Positions 1 through 13,600 of a stretch of 64,000 nt of DNA are shown here, one piece after another. Source of the stretch: Lepidodermella squamata (lineage: Eukaryota; Animalia; Gastrotricha). Positions within the stretch are counted from its first letter, which is position 1. Every line of letters begins with the position of its first letter. The notes below the pieces were generated by a model that was given only the letters and a program-made list of their open reading frames with translations, was not told the DNA's origin and ran no database searches. Position numbers and translations under genes: made by a program. The stretch lies in assembly GCA_047495785.1 (NCBI GenBank), contig JBLDXI010000033.1, positions 2,232,001 through 2,296,000 of the forward strand, read 5' to 3'.

Positions 1-1200
1 TAATTAAACACAACCCGATGTAACCTCCCGTTTATCACCATCAGGCCGCCACCCGATGCCATATCAAATCGATCAAGTGTGATCGTCCTGAAGCTAGCGC
101 ACCTGTAAGTTGATGAAATTCGATGATGAAACATTCATTCAAATTGTTCCCAATGTTAGGGTGTCGTTTACTATCAACGCCGAATGTAAACGCAATTAAT
201 CAACAACTCCGTTCTTCATTCACATCGTCGAGTGCCTTCCTTCATCTACTACGTTGGAAAAAGAGACATTTTTTTCGTAGAAATTTTATTCTCTCATTTA
301 TATAATAGCAATCTAGTTTTATAAATCGCTATTACCCCGCCTGGTTCTGTGGCTACTGGTTGATTTATTCGAATTGATGGCTCGGCTTTTCGTGAAATTT
401 TTTGATTTTCGAGCTACGCCTTTCAATTGTTTTAGTCAACAAGTGGCCGATATGACAGTGGCAAAAAATTCAACCGAAATGTCTTTTATGTGGGCTTGGC
501 TGTTTTTCGACGGCGAAAAACGTTAATTTATTGCAAAGTTTTCGCGCAATGATCTCAACTTTGTGCAATAGTCTGACTCAATAATTGTTCTCATCCATGG
601 TCATTTGCTTCAAAAAATTCATCTATCGAGCTATTACTACTCATCATGTGATTATTGTGCTCATTTATCGGCTGTCGAATTTGCAACAAGTTCAAAGCCT
701 GCCTTTGTTCTACTATATCTGAATTTGCTCCAATGACATCTGCGAACTGCGCTTTTCACGTTTTTTAAACAAGTTATACGCGCTCAGAAAATCTGCTCAT
801 TTTTATGTGTTGTCGAGAGATGCGATCCCTTTTTCGGAATTTAATGCAAGAAAAAGCTCGCATCTATAAAAAAATTATAGTAAATTCAAGTGTTGTGTGC
901 GTTTTACTCTTATGATATATCTATATAACGGATTGTATATCGATTGATTGATTATTTACTATTTAAATTTTTATTTAAAACAATGCAATAATGTTAATTA
1001 TTGTCATAATTACGTACTTGAGCTATATAAAATATGGCGTTGATAAAACAAAATAAAAGTGTCGTTGCAAAATATCTATCGACTTTTACTCATGAGTCAA
1101 ATTAAAAAATTCAAATTTTCCAATGAAAGCATGAACTTTATTAGAACTAAAAGCTCACTTTAACACTTTGAGGCAACTTTTGCATAAATGTATCTGTTTG

Positions 1201-1662
1201 CTAGAAATTGAAGGAGCCGGTTAATAGCAACAGGCTAGCAACAGCGACTATGAGTTTGATGTTTGAAACTTTAGTAAAGGAGGCATTGCAAAAATCTGTT
1301 TGGCAGCACCGGCATTCGTTGATTATTTCGAAATTTTTCTTGAAATTGCGCTCAGCGTCCCGGCGTAAACTTCGGCATGACTCATCGCACAGCCAAATGG
1401 ATGACGAAGCTGAGAAGCATGTGTACAGCGGCAACGGGGGTGGTAGAGCGGCTGATGAATGCGACGGGCTTCGGCTGGTTCGGACAACGCGGCAAACGCT
1501 ACAACCGCGCATTTCCAACTTGTGAAAAGGACCCTGTTGGTTGGTGCCAATGTAGCACATAATGCCGCTGTGTTTGGTTGGAGATGCGGGGCTAAGGTGG
1601 CTGAAAATCAGCGCCGAAAGGAGTAGGATATCGCAAATCCCTCTAGATTTTAGCTTGCTCAT
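1201..1662 (-). CDS. Intronless three-finger/Ly6-like GPI-anchored protein (copy 1)
   Basis: Hydrophobic N-terminus; 10 Cys in the mature region (CYIG..CSVC..TC..CDESC..ECRCCQTDFCN); the Ly6-type CCxxDxCN end is followed by a hydrophobic GPI-like tail. Confidence 0.8.
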   Translation of the reverse strand: MSKLKSRGICDILLLSALIFSHLSPASPTKHSGIMCYIGTNQQGPFHKLEMRGCSVCRVVRTSRSPSHSSAALPPPLPLYTCFSASSSIWLCDESCRSLRRDAERNFKKNFEIINECRCCQTDFCNASFTKVSNIKLIVAVASLLLLTGSFNF

Positions 1663-2217
1663 TTAGGATCAAGAATCAGCATTACTTCTACCGCTTTTCG
1701 CGACGATTAAAGCGATAGACGATATGAAACTGTTTCTTGTATAGGAGAGAAAGTGGAAAGATGTCCCGAATTATTCAAGCAGTAATGCGATAACAACGCA
1801 TGTTCGGCAGCAGACACTAAGATTTTATTGCGCGCCGATCGATAGCGAGGGCGTTTTTTGTTAAAACTCGCGTTATTATCGCAAAAATGATACTTACTGG
1901 TAAAAATAGCGATGATTACTGCCCTCATCATGTCATCTTATCAATAACAGCGCCTGGATACTCATTCGGCGGTGCATGAATATTTTGTCATGGTATAGCC
2001 ATGGTATAGGATCCACTATAAGCAATTTTTTGCGGTCAGTTCTCTAAGTAAAGCGCCAAAGCAGAGATTATTTTTCCCAAAAATGCTGTTAAGATTTTTT
2101 CTTTCGGTTTATTCCCGTTCCTTTTTAACCCGAATCTGACTCCCCGGTTTAATTCTGTTGTAATATGATTGTTTGGCCCATCGGAAAATAGGCGGAATTT
2201 TTTCGCGATAATTATGT

Positions 2218-2703
2218 TTATTGAATGCTATAAACACGCGCCGCAAAAATTGACAGTAAAATTACAGTAAACATTACTGTTTTATTTACAATAGCCGAAA
2301 AGGCTGAGTTGCATAGATCGGTAGAACAGCATTTGCATTCGTCGATAACATCGGTAGCCGGGGATGTATCGCGAAGAATTTGACAACTTTCCATGCACAT
2401 GTTGAAATCGGCATTCGCCGAGAAACAAGTGTGAAAGGGTGTTGGCCCGTAAGGATCGCGGATTTTTTTCGGCCTTCGGAAGAACGATTCGAGCATGCCG
2501 CCGCCTGATGTATCCTCGTCGTCGTCGTCAATGGCAATAGGCTGTTTTTGTGGTAGTTTACGCCGCCAAACTATTCGGCAAACACCGCACCTGGTTTGCT
2601 CGACCAGTTGCGGGTTTCTCCGTAAATCATAGCCGACGTAGCACTTGATAGCGAATGTCTCGCTAGTTTTTAGGAGAATTAAAATGAACGGCAAAATGAA
2701 CAT
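2218..2703 (-). CDS. Intronless three-finger/Ly6-like GPI-anchored protein (copy 2, paralogue)
   Basis: Signal peptide; same 10-Cys pattern (CYVG..CGVC..TC..CMESC..ECKCCSTDLCN); hydrophobic C-terminal tail. Confidence 0.82.
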   Translation of the reverse strand: MFILPFILILLKTSETFAIKCYVGYDLRRNPQLVEQTRCGVCRIVWRRKLPQKQPIAIDDDDEDTSGGGMLESFFRRPKKIRDPYGPTPFHTCFSANADFNMCMESCQILRDTSPATDVIDECKCCSTDLCNSAFSAIVNKTVMFTVILLSIFAARVYSIQ

Positions 2704-3354
2704 CGCGAAGAGGCCTATTTCATCGGCTGAATCATTTATACTGGAAGAAAGGATTTATTGTTCGGTCGGAAATCTGACTAGCATCGATTAAGAAGCTTCG
2801 GTTGAATAGCTTGACGCTTCACACCTGTATCTGTAATGCTATATGAATGGTATATGAAATTGCAGCGAAAGAAAAACAATAATTAAATTATTTAGCTATT
2901 TCGCCTTTGTCATAAATTCGAGCGAAAAGAGCATGCAGCGTCAAAGGAGTTTTACGCACCAGAAATTGAATTATGAAATCGATGGCATAGCGAGCGAGGA
3001 ACAGTTCCGTTTTCATCCACGCGTGCGTTTCCAAGTTCAGAAACTGCCTCGGCTTATTATCTGACTTGGAATCTTCCGAGCTGCTTCATTAATGATCATT
3101 TGTTCACGCAGAAAACAGTAAAAACGGCTATTCTGGAATAGATAAGTGAGCCTATTTCCAATTTATTTTTAGCTTTCGAGTAGTAATGATGGCAGTCGGT
3201 GATTATTTCGAAACAGAAAAACCTGCCCTAAACATGCATGTTATCCAACTCGGCGATACATCAGTGGCGCGTTCAGTAAAGATTGAACATAAATAAATGA
3301 GAGGAAATGGCGATATATTTGAAGGTGCCCATGTAAACGAGCTCTTATTTCGGC

Positions 3355-3378
3355 ATATATATATATATATATATATAT
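3355..3378. repeat. (AT)n microsatellite
   Basis: Run of AT dinucleotides. Confidence 0.95.
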
Positions 3379-4208
3379 GGGCAGTTCATATAGTCTCACC
3401 GTCGATGCGCAGTATTCTGTATTTTTAAAGACAGGAGTGGGAAGCGTGTTTATAATATCAGAGGGTATTTTTGTTCCAAAGTTTGTATATTCTTGGCTGG
3501 AAGGCTTCCAAGTATTGCATATTGTCTATTGCCTTCAACCCCGTTTCCTGTGAAGATTTACCTCAAATTATTAAAAAGGACGGGTTTTCACCTCGAAGCA
3601 ATAAAGACAATGAGTAAGATTTTTACTCGGCAAGTGCATATTCCTAAATAGTTGTTCATTCAGCCATCAGCCATTATACTAGCAGTTTATGCTGAATTAT
3701 CGAACAAATTGATGATTGGACTAGAAATTGCCAACTGATTCCGGATATTTCGAGCACTTTTCTTGTCAGGTGATTTATTTGAGTTTTGCAGCCTTATTCC
3801 ATAAGAAAGCAATTTAGAGGAAAATGAATGCCAATTTTTATTCCGCGAAACCTCACCCAAAAGACTCATAACACGACTATGCAGAGTGAACGCACTTATT
3901 TGAAAGCCGCAAATCCGCATGGGCTACTTAGCGTTGATTTGGGTAGGATTTAGGACAATAATCGTTTCAATTTGTTGTACCAAGTTAAATTTTTGTAAGC
4001 CACCTTTGAACAAAGCCAAATCCAAGCAAGGCAAAGAAGAGCCGAAGGGTTGAAAATTCAACAGGATTCCATGAAGTTTGACATTCGCTCTAGATTGAAT
4101 TGATTTATTTTATTTTTGCTTCTGGATTCTCGATCTCTTATTCATAATAGTTCATAATAAATAAATGATTTCTTGGAAATTCATAAATTTTTTTATTGAA
4201 CGGAATTT

Positions 4209-6337
4209 TTACTCCACGATAACATAGCTGTCCATTGAACCAAGGTCATAGTCGAAGTAGTACTGTTGAAGCGAAGGAATTATCGCAAAGATAATGATAG
4301 GACTAGAAATGTTGAAAATTAGCATGGCGTACAGAACGACTTTGTCCAACAGCATGCTAAATTGCAGCCACGCTTCCTTTCTCTCAGCAGCCGTTGGACC
4401 TACAGGGGGAGCTGGAGTAGGAGGTTCAATTAAGGGAGGAGTCGGCGGGAGACTTGGGGTGGAAGCTTCGCTTAAACTTTCCTTGCTATCGGCAAAAGCA
4501 ACTTCACTTGGAGTTTCCTGCACAGGCGTTCCGGCTTCAACGATTTCTTTCAGGTGCAGGACAACATCACGCTGGCTTCGGACCATTTTTTCAAGTTGAA
4601 TAAGTGCATCTTGCCGGTCCAGTTCCGAGTCGCGAGGTAGCACTTGCCTTGTACTGGGTCGTACCACTTGTCTTGTACTTGGCAGCAAAGGCCTGGAGCA
4701 TTCAGCATCGCCGGCGACAGTTTTTCTCTTGCGCAATTCACTTTCAGCTAATAAATTTGTTGCATCTGTTGCGTCTGAAGATAGGCTGGTTTTAGCAGGC
4801 TTCGGCGGCTTTCCGACGTCTAAGAAGAACGCATGCAGCATTCTTTTAAGGTTCGGAATAATCCAACGTGGAACTCTGTACCACACGTGCATCTGCAAAT
4901 TCCAAGGCTAGAAAATGGGACAATCTATCAAAAAGGTTGGACTTGCATTTAAAAAAGTGACCAACATCGAAATCAACAGATTGTGGCTAAGAATCATCAA
5001 GTAGATCTCTGAAAAATTGAGCAACTTCGATCTTGAGTTAAGTTCTCACAACTCATCTTACGCATCAAAGTCACTCCCTCGCTTGATTTCGGAAGCTGCG
5101 AAGCCAAAGAACCTTGGAGAAAGGTCGACGCGATGAACATTGAGGTAAGTAGCGTCATTCGAGCTGGATGCTCGACCGGCAAGGTGTGGCTGAATATTTG
5201 AAGTATAGACATCATCGCACTTGGAAAAATGAGCATGACGCAGTAGTAGAGATATTTCCGGCGAAAATAGAAGCGAAAACTCATAGTTGAAAACACCTGA
5301 TCGTCATAAGTCATGTTGCCCTTCGTTACTCCGTAAAACTTCAAGTCCCTATGAATTTCACCTCAGATCAATTTAGAGCTTTAAATTTGTTTATTATCTC
5401 ACCATTGATGGTTTTGATAGTAATCGCTCATGTCGATTGGCTCAGGATCCCAAGGTTCAATGGACAAATATTGCCTGGGGTAAACCCAAGATTCAAAGGA
5501 TAATTGGCACTGCTGCCTGAATAACAGGATCAAACTCTCAAATTTGAATCATAGATTTGTTTCAATAGCAAACCAGTCAAAGGGAAAATAAGACAGCACA
5601 ATGTTGCATCGGGTCGAAAATCGGCCGTTTGGGAAATATCTTGAATATAAATTCAACTATTCATTTTTTTCTGAAATTTGCCGGTGAATTTATTTACCCA
5701 ACTTCACCTTCGTTGTTTATCTCGACAAAAGCTGGTTTACGAGATATTTGATACGGATCCGGACTGATGGAGCGTAAATCAGTATAAACAGAGCGAAATT
5801 CAAGAGAGAACATGCCTGTTCACATTTGCAATATCTGGCAGCCAGATATCTGAGCTTGGAAAAACAATCCATGATAGATTCTTGAACTCTTCAGGTGACC
5901 ATTGTAGAAAATCATCGTGCCATTTCTGAAACCAAACCAGCTTAATTTTTTTGTAAAGGTTACGTAGAAATTACGATTTTCAAGCAACCACTAGTGTGCA
6001 TTGTTTGATCTTTCTCGATCTGTTGGTAATTTCTGATTTAAGAGACAGATTTATGGTTTGACTCTCAACTTACGATTTCTTCGATATTTTTAATACAAAT
6101 GCCAAGTTTTACGTCAACCGACTTGCGATGGTCTACAACTGGTCTCACGCTTTTCTTGTACCTGCCAGGGGCAAACAGCCTAGCATGCAGCAAATGCTCG
6201 GCCGATTCAAGGTGGTAAGGTTTCACACTGCTGTTCGTCCTTGTAAGTGGCTTCGGCCGCACCTCTTGATCACCCTCCGCCGCAATAGAAATCTCGGCAA
6301 TGATTAAAAGCAAGCATGTTTTCCATATTAACCCCAT
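4209..6337 (-). CDS. Cys-loop ligand-gated ion channel subunit, nAChR-like, non-alpha, predicted anion-selective (9 exons)
   Basis: Manual splicing gives a signal peptide, YKKSVRPV, WHDDFLQWSP, IWLPDI, Cys-loop C-NIVLSYFPFDWQQ-C (13-residue spacing), SWVY, RRKYLYY-M1, HPAR-M2, M3 and M4 (WLQFSMLLDKVVL). No vicinal Cys in loop C. Confidence 0.9.
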
Positions 6338-7665
6338 AACTAGCAACTTGGCAGAAATAACTCATGTTTTTGGCCTGAAGAGCGTGATGTTAGCTGTTTT
6401 AGCGCCCACTACTTTAGATATCACCCTCATGATAACGCCAGTAATTAGTGTCCTCAATGCTTTCATTTTGTGTTGATAAGCTATAGCGTCAAGTTTTCAT
6501 CTCCGCATATGCTGTGGGATTTGTGACTGATATGTGCGGGATAATAACACCGTCGCCCCAAGGCAACAGCACACCAAAGGCGGCAATTAAACTGGCGCTG
6601 CTGTTTGTCAGGTAAAAATGAAGAACACCGGCGGCCGGATTTATCGCTTTTCAGCGCGACTGATCAGTGCATCGGGGTGGAATAATCTCGAACGCTGCTG
6701 CAAGTGAACATACACACAAACAGGCGCGCGACTGTTTAATGATGAGCTTCAATGGCAGGAGGCGCGCCGTTGTCCAAGGTGTATACAATTAACGGATTAG
6801 AAACGCCACAACTTGCCAAGCGGCAGAAAGGCGCCGCAAACGGCGAGCCGCGTGGCCTGCCCTGCTCACCTGAGCCACTGCACAGATAGCAATTATCAGC
6901 TTCATGCGCATGGTATCTTGCTTCATCGTAGTCATACCCTAAGCCCAGCGTCAAAAAGGCCGACACATATGTTTCGATAAAACTTGTCAACTTTAATCCG
7001 AAAACTCAAGAGAAGAGACATCATAGAATTGATGAGATACATAAAATGATAATAATAATTATTACAATATTTGTGTATTATCGTACATCTATTATTCGTA
7101 CGCGGTGTTCGATCATTCAAATAATAATGACAAATCGATGCCTGATATACACAAATCGCGGCTAGTAGCAGGTGTTTTAATAAGACTTATTGTTTTACAC
7201 ACCAGAATAGAAATTTTTTCGAGAGGAGGGTTCGTTGCGAAGAAAGATAACAACATCATGTTAATATGCCGAGAGACGAGACAGTGGTAGTTTCACTTTT
7301 TAAAATGATAGTAATAAAATTTGTTCCAACACGACCGCACAGACTAGTAGAGTCAACATGTTGACGATTATTCAAATAACGATGAAAAAGTTCACGAGAC
7401 ATTTCTGTACAAAATTTGTTCTTCTTTGTAGTTTGCAGGACCAAAAAAAATTGGGAACGATAAAATATAATTATTTATATCGAATAAGAATTTTTCTTGC
7501 ATTTTATTGTACATTTTTTTTACAAGAGCGACGAGATAAAACGACGACACGTTTATTGTTAAGACCGAATTGCACGACACTACTGTATAATATCGACGCA
7601 TCAGGGTGGCACAAACTGGCTGCTGCTGATGATGAGGATTGATCGACGACGACTAATATATGGAA

Positions 7666-10600
7666 TTAAGGTAGATGCTTGCCGGCTGCCACCAGTTTCA
7701 ACAACTCGGCCTGCCAGTTGGACGGCGGCGCCACCGGCGATGGCGGCGTCATAGTGATGGTCGACGATGAGTTGAACGAATTGCCTGATCCTGAGCCGGT
7801 GCTATCGACCGGGGTGCCTGGAACTTGCTGCTGCTGTTGTTGTTGGGCTAGTAGCAAGTTCCGCGCTAAGACCGACAAAAGTGGTGATGATTCAAGTAGA
7901 TTCGCCGCCGATTTTTGGTTGTTGGCAAGTGACGAGTTGGAACGCGCCGGCGGCTGGTTCGACGCCGACGCCGAGCTGGCGCCGGGCGATGGCGCCGATT
8001 TCGAAGACGCGCGGTCGTTCAGCTCTTCCTCCGGCTCGTCTTTCCCGCCCGTGCTGTCCGCATTCGCATTTTCATCGTCTACGTCAACGTTGTTCGAGTT
8101 GTTTTGCACCGAGCCGGCGTTCGAGTTGGACGCGGTCGACGAGGCGCTGCCGCTTGCTCCGTTTTGGTTCGATTGTTGTTGCGCGTAAATCGCTGAGAGT
8201 AAGTTGGTTAGCAGCGAAGAAGGGTCGCCCGAGTTGGTTGGCACCTGCGGCAATTCGAGTTGCGGCGGCGGCGTCGCAGATCTTTGCCGTTTCTGCGGCG
8301 AAACTTGTTGCTGGAGATTGTTGAGAAGTTGCGCCGCTGCTGATCGCTGCTGTTGTTGTTGCTGATTGCCGATAAGATTTTGGAAGTGAGATTGCCAGAG
8401 GTTGAAGAGAAGTGGGTTGGGCGCGTCGCCGCCAGCGCCTGGTAACAACCCGGGCGGGCTTTGGAGGAAGGACGCGAGGCCGGGCGGCGCCTGCGCGAGG
8501 TGAAGCGACGCGAGTGGGTCGAGCGGCGAGTTGGCGCCATTTGCCGCAGCGGCGAGCGCGCGCAGTTGCGGCGATCCGCTGCCCAGCCACGACTGGATCA
8601 GCAAATCACGCGCAGACTGTGACTGTTGCTGCGCGAGTTGCTGTTGTAGGAAGGGTAGCATAGCCGCCGGGTTCGTCGCCGCCTGATTCCGGCCCCAAAG
8701 CGAGGAGAGTAGATTAGCAGCGCCGAGCGGACTGCCCGGGCGGTGCGGGAGGTGTCCGGCTTGTAGCCCTGCTAACAACGGGTTCGGCTGCTGACCGCCG
8801 CCGAACATACCGCCCAGGCCTGCTAGGTTTTGTTGAAGCAACAACGCAGCTGCTGCTGGGTCGCTGGCCATGTTTTGGAGCATCGACTGGTGCAGGCGGG
8901 CTGCGGCCATGTTCTGCGCCGCCGCCATGTTGGCTCCACCCGATAAGTTGGGACGCTTCGCCGGCGGGCCGTGGTCGGCGTCGACATCCAAACACACGTC
9001 GTCGTCATCGTCATCATCACCTGCATGTGAAGACCCTGAGCTGGGACTTGATGCGCCATTTCGGCTCATCATTCCACCACTGCGTTGGCAACGGGCAACC
9101 TCCTCCAATAGCAGACGCCTGGAAAATTATGAAATATTAGAAATTTGTTTATAAGTGTATTTCTTTCTCTTCAATTTTTGCCCTTATTTCTTTTGGTTTT
9201 TTCAGTGGGTTCAGATTACTGCGACAGGTTAGTTCATATTAGCTAAATAATGTTGCCACCGGATTTGGCTTCTGTTTGTAATGATGGCTGCGAGTGTGGC
9301 AACCGAAAATATTTGCTCAGCAATCACGCTGCAACGTCGATGAGGCGATGTCGTCAAATTACCTTCTGGCGACAGATTGATTGGGAGCCGCCGCCGCCGC
9401 TGCCGCCGTTGCGCACACGCCTGTTTGCTTGCGGAGTAGGCGCAGTCGATGCGTGCGCGAATTTATGCGCCGAGGCGCGGCTCGCGGCGGCGGCGGCAGG
9501 CGCGCGCTTCGAGAGGACGACTGCGCTCTTTTCCGCCGGTAATAAAACCAGCAGCGATTTGTACTACAATATCAACACGATTAGCTGATGATAGGAGCTG
9601 GCGGCTCTATTGACACCGGAACAGTTACGCCGCGCGCGCAAAATCGGCGCGGGTGACATGGCGGCGCGTTGTTGTCGCGCAAACAGCGATTGGAAATCAC
9701 ATCGCATTTGTATTCGGAACCTACTTTCATCCTCTTTATCTATCCATCAATCTCAGTCATCGATATTTTTGCGAGAACCGAGGAGAGGCGGGGAGAGAGA
9801 GAGAGAGGCCTAATAATCAAATATTTGACTTCGCGACAAAAGGCTGTACGCAATTGAATGCGCGCGCCAGCGCAAAAAGCGCGCCCACTGATAACGGCGC
9901 GGCGCTCAAGTCAGTTGGTGGGTCAACGGCGCCGCTAAACGTGCCCAATCGAGTTAGTTACACCAACCGCATCATATCGCATGGCGTTCAAGTAGCCTCT
10001 CGACAACTTTATTGCATTATCTAGGCCTCGCTGCGACGCGCGCAGTTCTCCCCGCTCGCCTAACTTCGTTTGCGAGGCAGCGCGGCGCCACGAGAGCGCC
10101 TTTATTGGCACCATTATCACCAGTCAACAACCAAGCAACACGCCCTCCCCCGAGGTTGTCGATGCGCTCGGCGCCTAATTTGCCGTCTGCCAGCCGCTAA
10201 TCACCACGACGACCGCTAATCACCGCGCGGCGCAAATCGCATCACGGCGCAGCGACGACGACGACGACGACGACAACGAAGGAAGGGCGGACAAAAAAAT
10301 CGGGCACGTTTTTTTTTGCCTGATGCGTGATGTGTGCGTGTTTCGCCTTCGTGCGCCTCTTATCCGGCCTAGCTGTTTCGGATTACGGCGTTATTCTCGC
10401 TGTCAGCTATTGATGATGAGCGGGAAAGACAAACATATAAACAAGTAGTGGGTAATAAAACGCGGTGTTCAACGTCGGTGGAGCGCGCCGGGCGCAGCCG
10501 CCGCTGACAGCGCCGCGCCGCCTGAGAGCAACTAGTCGTCGCGCCGGAGTAGGAGAGAAAACATCTTCAGAAATTCGAACCTGTCTGGTGGCGACCTGCC

Positions 10601-13600
10601 ACCGCGCCTCGCATGTTCCGCCTCGAGTGGCTACTAATAAATATACCTGGGTTAGGTTGCTGGCAACGCCGTTTGCCTGACGCGCTCGTCGTGTTTGCTC
10701 GGCAATCGCATCCGCGCGCCCCCGTTTACGGGCACGAAGAGGCTTAGCCAGCGTTTGCACTTGCCGATTATGAGATCATCCGCCATGATGATGGCTGGAT
10801 AATGATAATAAAGAGCGCCCGATTATGGCTACCTGGCAGCAAACAGGCAAACAGCCAGGTGAAACGCCGTCGCTCTTCAACGAGACAACAACGAGCCAGG
10901 CTTTTGACAATGCCAAAGGTGCAAGCACAAACAATAACACCCAACCACGGCTGCGATTTTGCATGGGCAGATGGCCCGGAAACAACAACGGGTAATAAAA
11001 CCCGGCCCTATTAATGACACCGGGTATTGTTGTTAGATTAAGAAGTCCCGTTCGGGCGCTCTGTTTAACATTGCGCAATGCGTGGCGCTGCTTTTGCCGC
11101 CATCGCCTAATGACAGTGAGAAATAATTGATTACCACGGATTAAAATACCACAGCCAGGTGTGTTTGGCTACCACCCTTACTACTACTATATTGCTATCG
11201 GACATGAAGTAATGATGATGCGCCCGCTTTACTTACTTCTTTTCACGTTTGCCGGCGCCGTTGTCGCGGAAACCTTTCGCGAATGGATTATTGTCGATCT
11301 TCAACTGCGTTATCTGTTCGAGATAAAGTGCATTTTCATTAATCATCGCCGGTACAATCAAGTATGCGCCGAGTAACTAACCTTTTCGTTTTGGTATGCC
11401 GTCACGGCGATGAATTGCGTTTCGGGAAACGTGAACGTGTAAAACGGTGAGTAGGGCAGCTTCAACAGATCGGAACACCGAACGATGTGAATCCGCGGTT
11501 GGTACTTGTGCATCGAATTGAGAATTGTCTGAAAGAAAAAATAACGGAAAAATTAGCACAGATATTTCTTTAATTTTTCACTTCAATGTTTATCATTTTC
11601 AGTTTTCTGATTTGTGAGTTTTAATTTTATTTTCGATCAGTTCTTCGCACAAAATTAGCGGGAAGTTTGCAGGGCGACTGCGGCGGCGCTGTTTTGGCGC
11701 GGGCAGGAAATGAAGCGCGGCTGATTCTATTTATCGGCTAATGGCCGGTGACACTGATCGGAAGTTGGCTAATGCGCGCACTGGGTTTGACAATAACAGT
11801 TTGTGTGCCACCCCTGTCGCGAGCGCCCGGGCAGGCAGCTTTTAGCCGGGGATGAGCCATTTGTCTCATGGCGCCGCCGCCGCCGCTGCCGTCGCCACCG
11901 CCGCGCTGTTATTGTGTGAAACGCGCCCGGCGCATTCACTTGCGAAATTGGCGGCAGCTTTCTAAGCGAGCAGGCGCTTTTAGAGCCGCGCCCCGGAAGC
12001 AGCGCGGTAAACGTTTATTGTGGCCGATGCGCCTCGCTGCCTTTTTATAGCGCAATGATAGTTGCTTTTAACATCATCATCGACTTAATCATTATGATAG
12101 GCCGAGCGTGTATCGTCCCTGTCGCCGCCGCCGCCAGAGTTCGAATCATCATCATCATCATCATCACAACATCCGACCGTGAACGAGGTAGTAAAAATAA
12201 GTAATAAGGCGAAGATGCGCTTGTTTATTGCCGGGCTAAGCGCCAGTGAGTGATGCTCGCACCGGCAGATGCGCCGGCTCTTTCCACGTGAGGCGCGCCT
12301 CGATAGACGGCGTTTCACAACAACAACACGGCGGCGTTCGATAGCGTTCGCTAGGCGCGGCTTCGGCGGGCGATAATTTTTCACCAAGAGCGCGCCACTT
12401 TCTAGGTGGATACGCTGGGCTGGAGGCGCGCGCGATGCGGCGGAAGTTGCGCGTGCGCGTGCGAACTGCGCCTAAACTGCGCGCATCTCGATTGACGGCG
12501 CACGGCTGCGCTATTAATGTCATGATGATTATTTTGCTGTTATTTTGATGCTCAACCGTATACCATACTATACCGTTGTTCACGGTGTTTGCTAGTTACC
12601 AAGAGTCGAGCAAGCGCGGCGAGAAGATTACGATCAATGATGCGCCTCAACGGTTCGGCAGTTTATTGCCTGCTCATCGCATAGCAGAGCAGTCGATCGA
12701 TGCTATAAACTAAACTCGCGAACGAAATCACGGCCAGTGCAGCGGATAATCGCGTAATTTAGCTAATTATTGCACTCTCTCGCTCGCCGTGATAGCGTGT
12801 GTGTTGCAATTTTATTATCGAATAAGACTGGCAGACGCGCGAGATCGAGTCATTTATCACTCTACTCCCTGTTCAGCTGCAGCAGTCTCGTTAGCAGCTA
12901 ACGAGCCTATTATATGCTGCTACTACTGATCGATGAGCGTAATACTAACTAAGCAACAGAAATCGAATGTCAACTTACAAAGCCGTTTTTGTCTGCGATG
13001 TTGTTGGTCAACTTGAGTTTGTGAAATGAAACGACTTTCTGCGTCCACTGTTCGCCGACCTGCGGCGAGTCGGGATGGATGTAGACGCGCTTGGCGACCT
13101 CGGGATCAGCCTTGCCCGCGACTAGCCACCGACTGTTGTGGAACTTGTAACGGCAATCATCGACAGGCACGATGTCGAGCAGAATGACGTATTTGGCTGT
13201 TCGATCCAGGCCACTAACTCGCACCTTGATCGGTGGAAACATGCGCCTGTCATAAAAATAAATTAATGTAAAACAGATCATAATGATCGGCTATAAAAAT
13301 CGGCGCAGGTAATAAACACCCAGCCAGTATCATTATCATCATCATCATCGTTTCATTATCACGGCAGATGCGTAAGCGAAACCTTGCACCTGATGCCGAG
13401 GTGAAGGTGGAACTGAGTTAATAAAAAAGAATAGGGAAGATGAAGGAAAAACGCAGCTAACATCACGCCGCCCGCGCCTTTTGTCACCATCTTGCTATAT
13501 ACATCTTTAACGACTACAAAGAGCGCAAATTAAAAGTGTCAACATGAGAGCAGCAGAAAAAACTACTAAATTTACGCGTGTTTATAACAGGCAAGTGGCA

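Noticed and set aside
1-270. Possible 5' end of a minus-strand gene (MASGGGLMVITGGYIGLCLI..., acceptor near 103)
   Set aside because: Cut off by the window edge; too short to identify
6736-7642. Short ORFs between the channel gene and Tbx2/3
   Set aside because: No motifs; position fits the Tbx2/3 3' UTR or intergenic DNA
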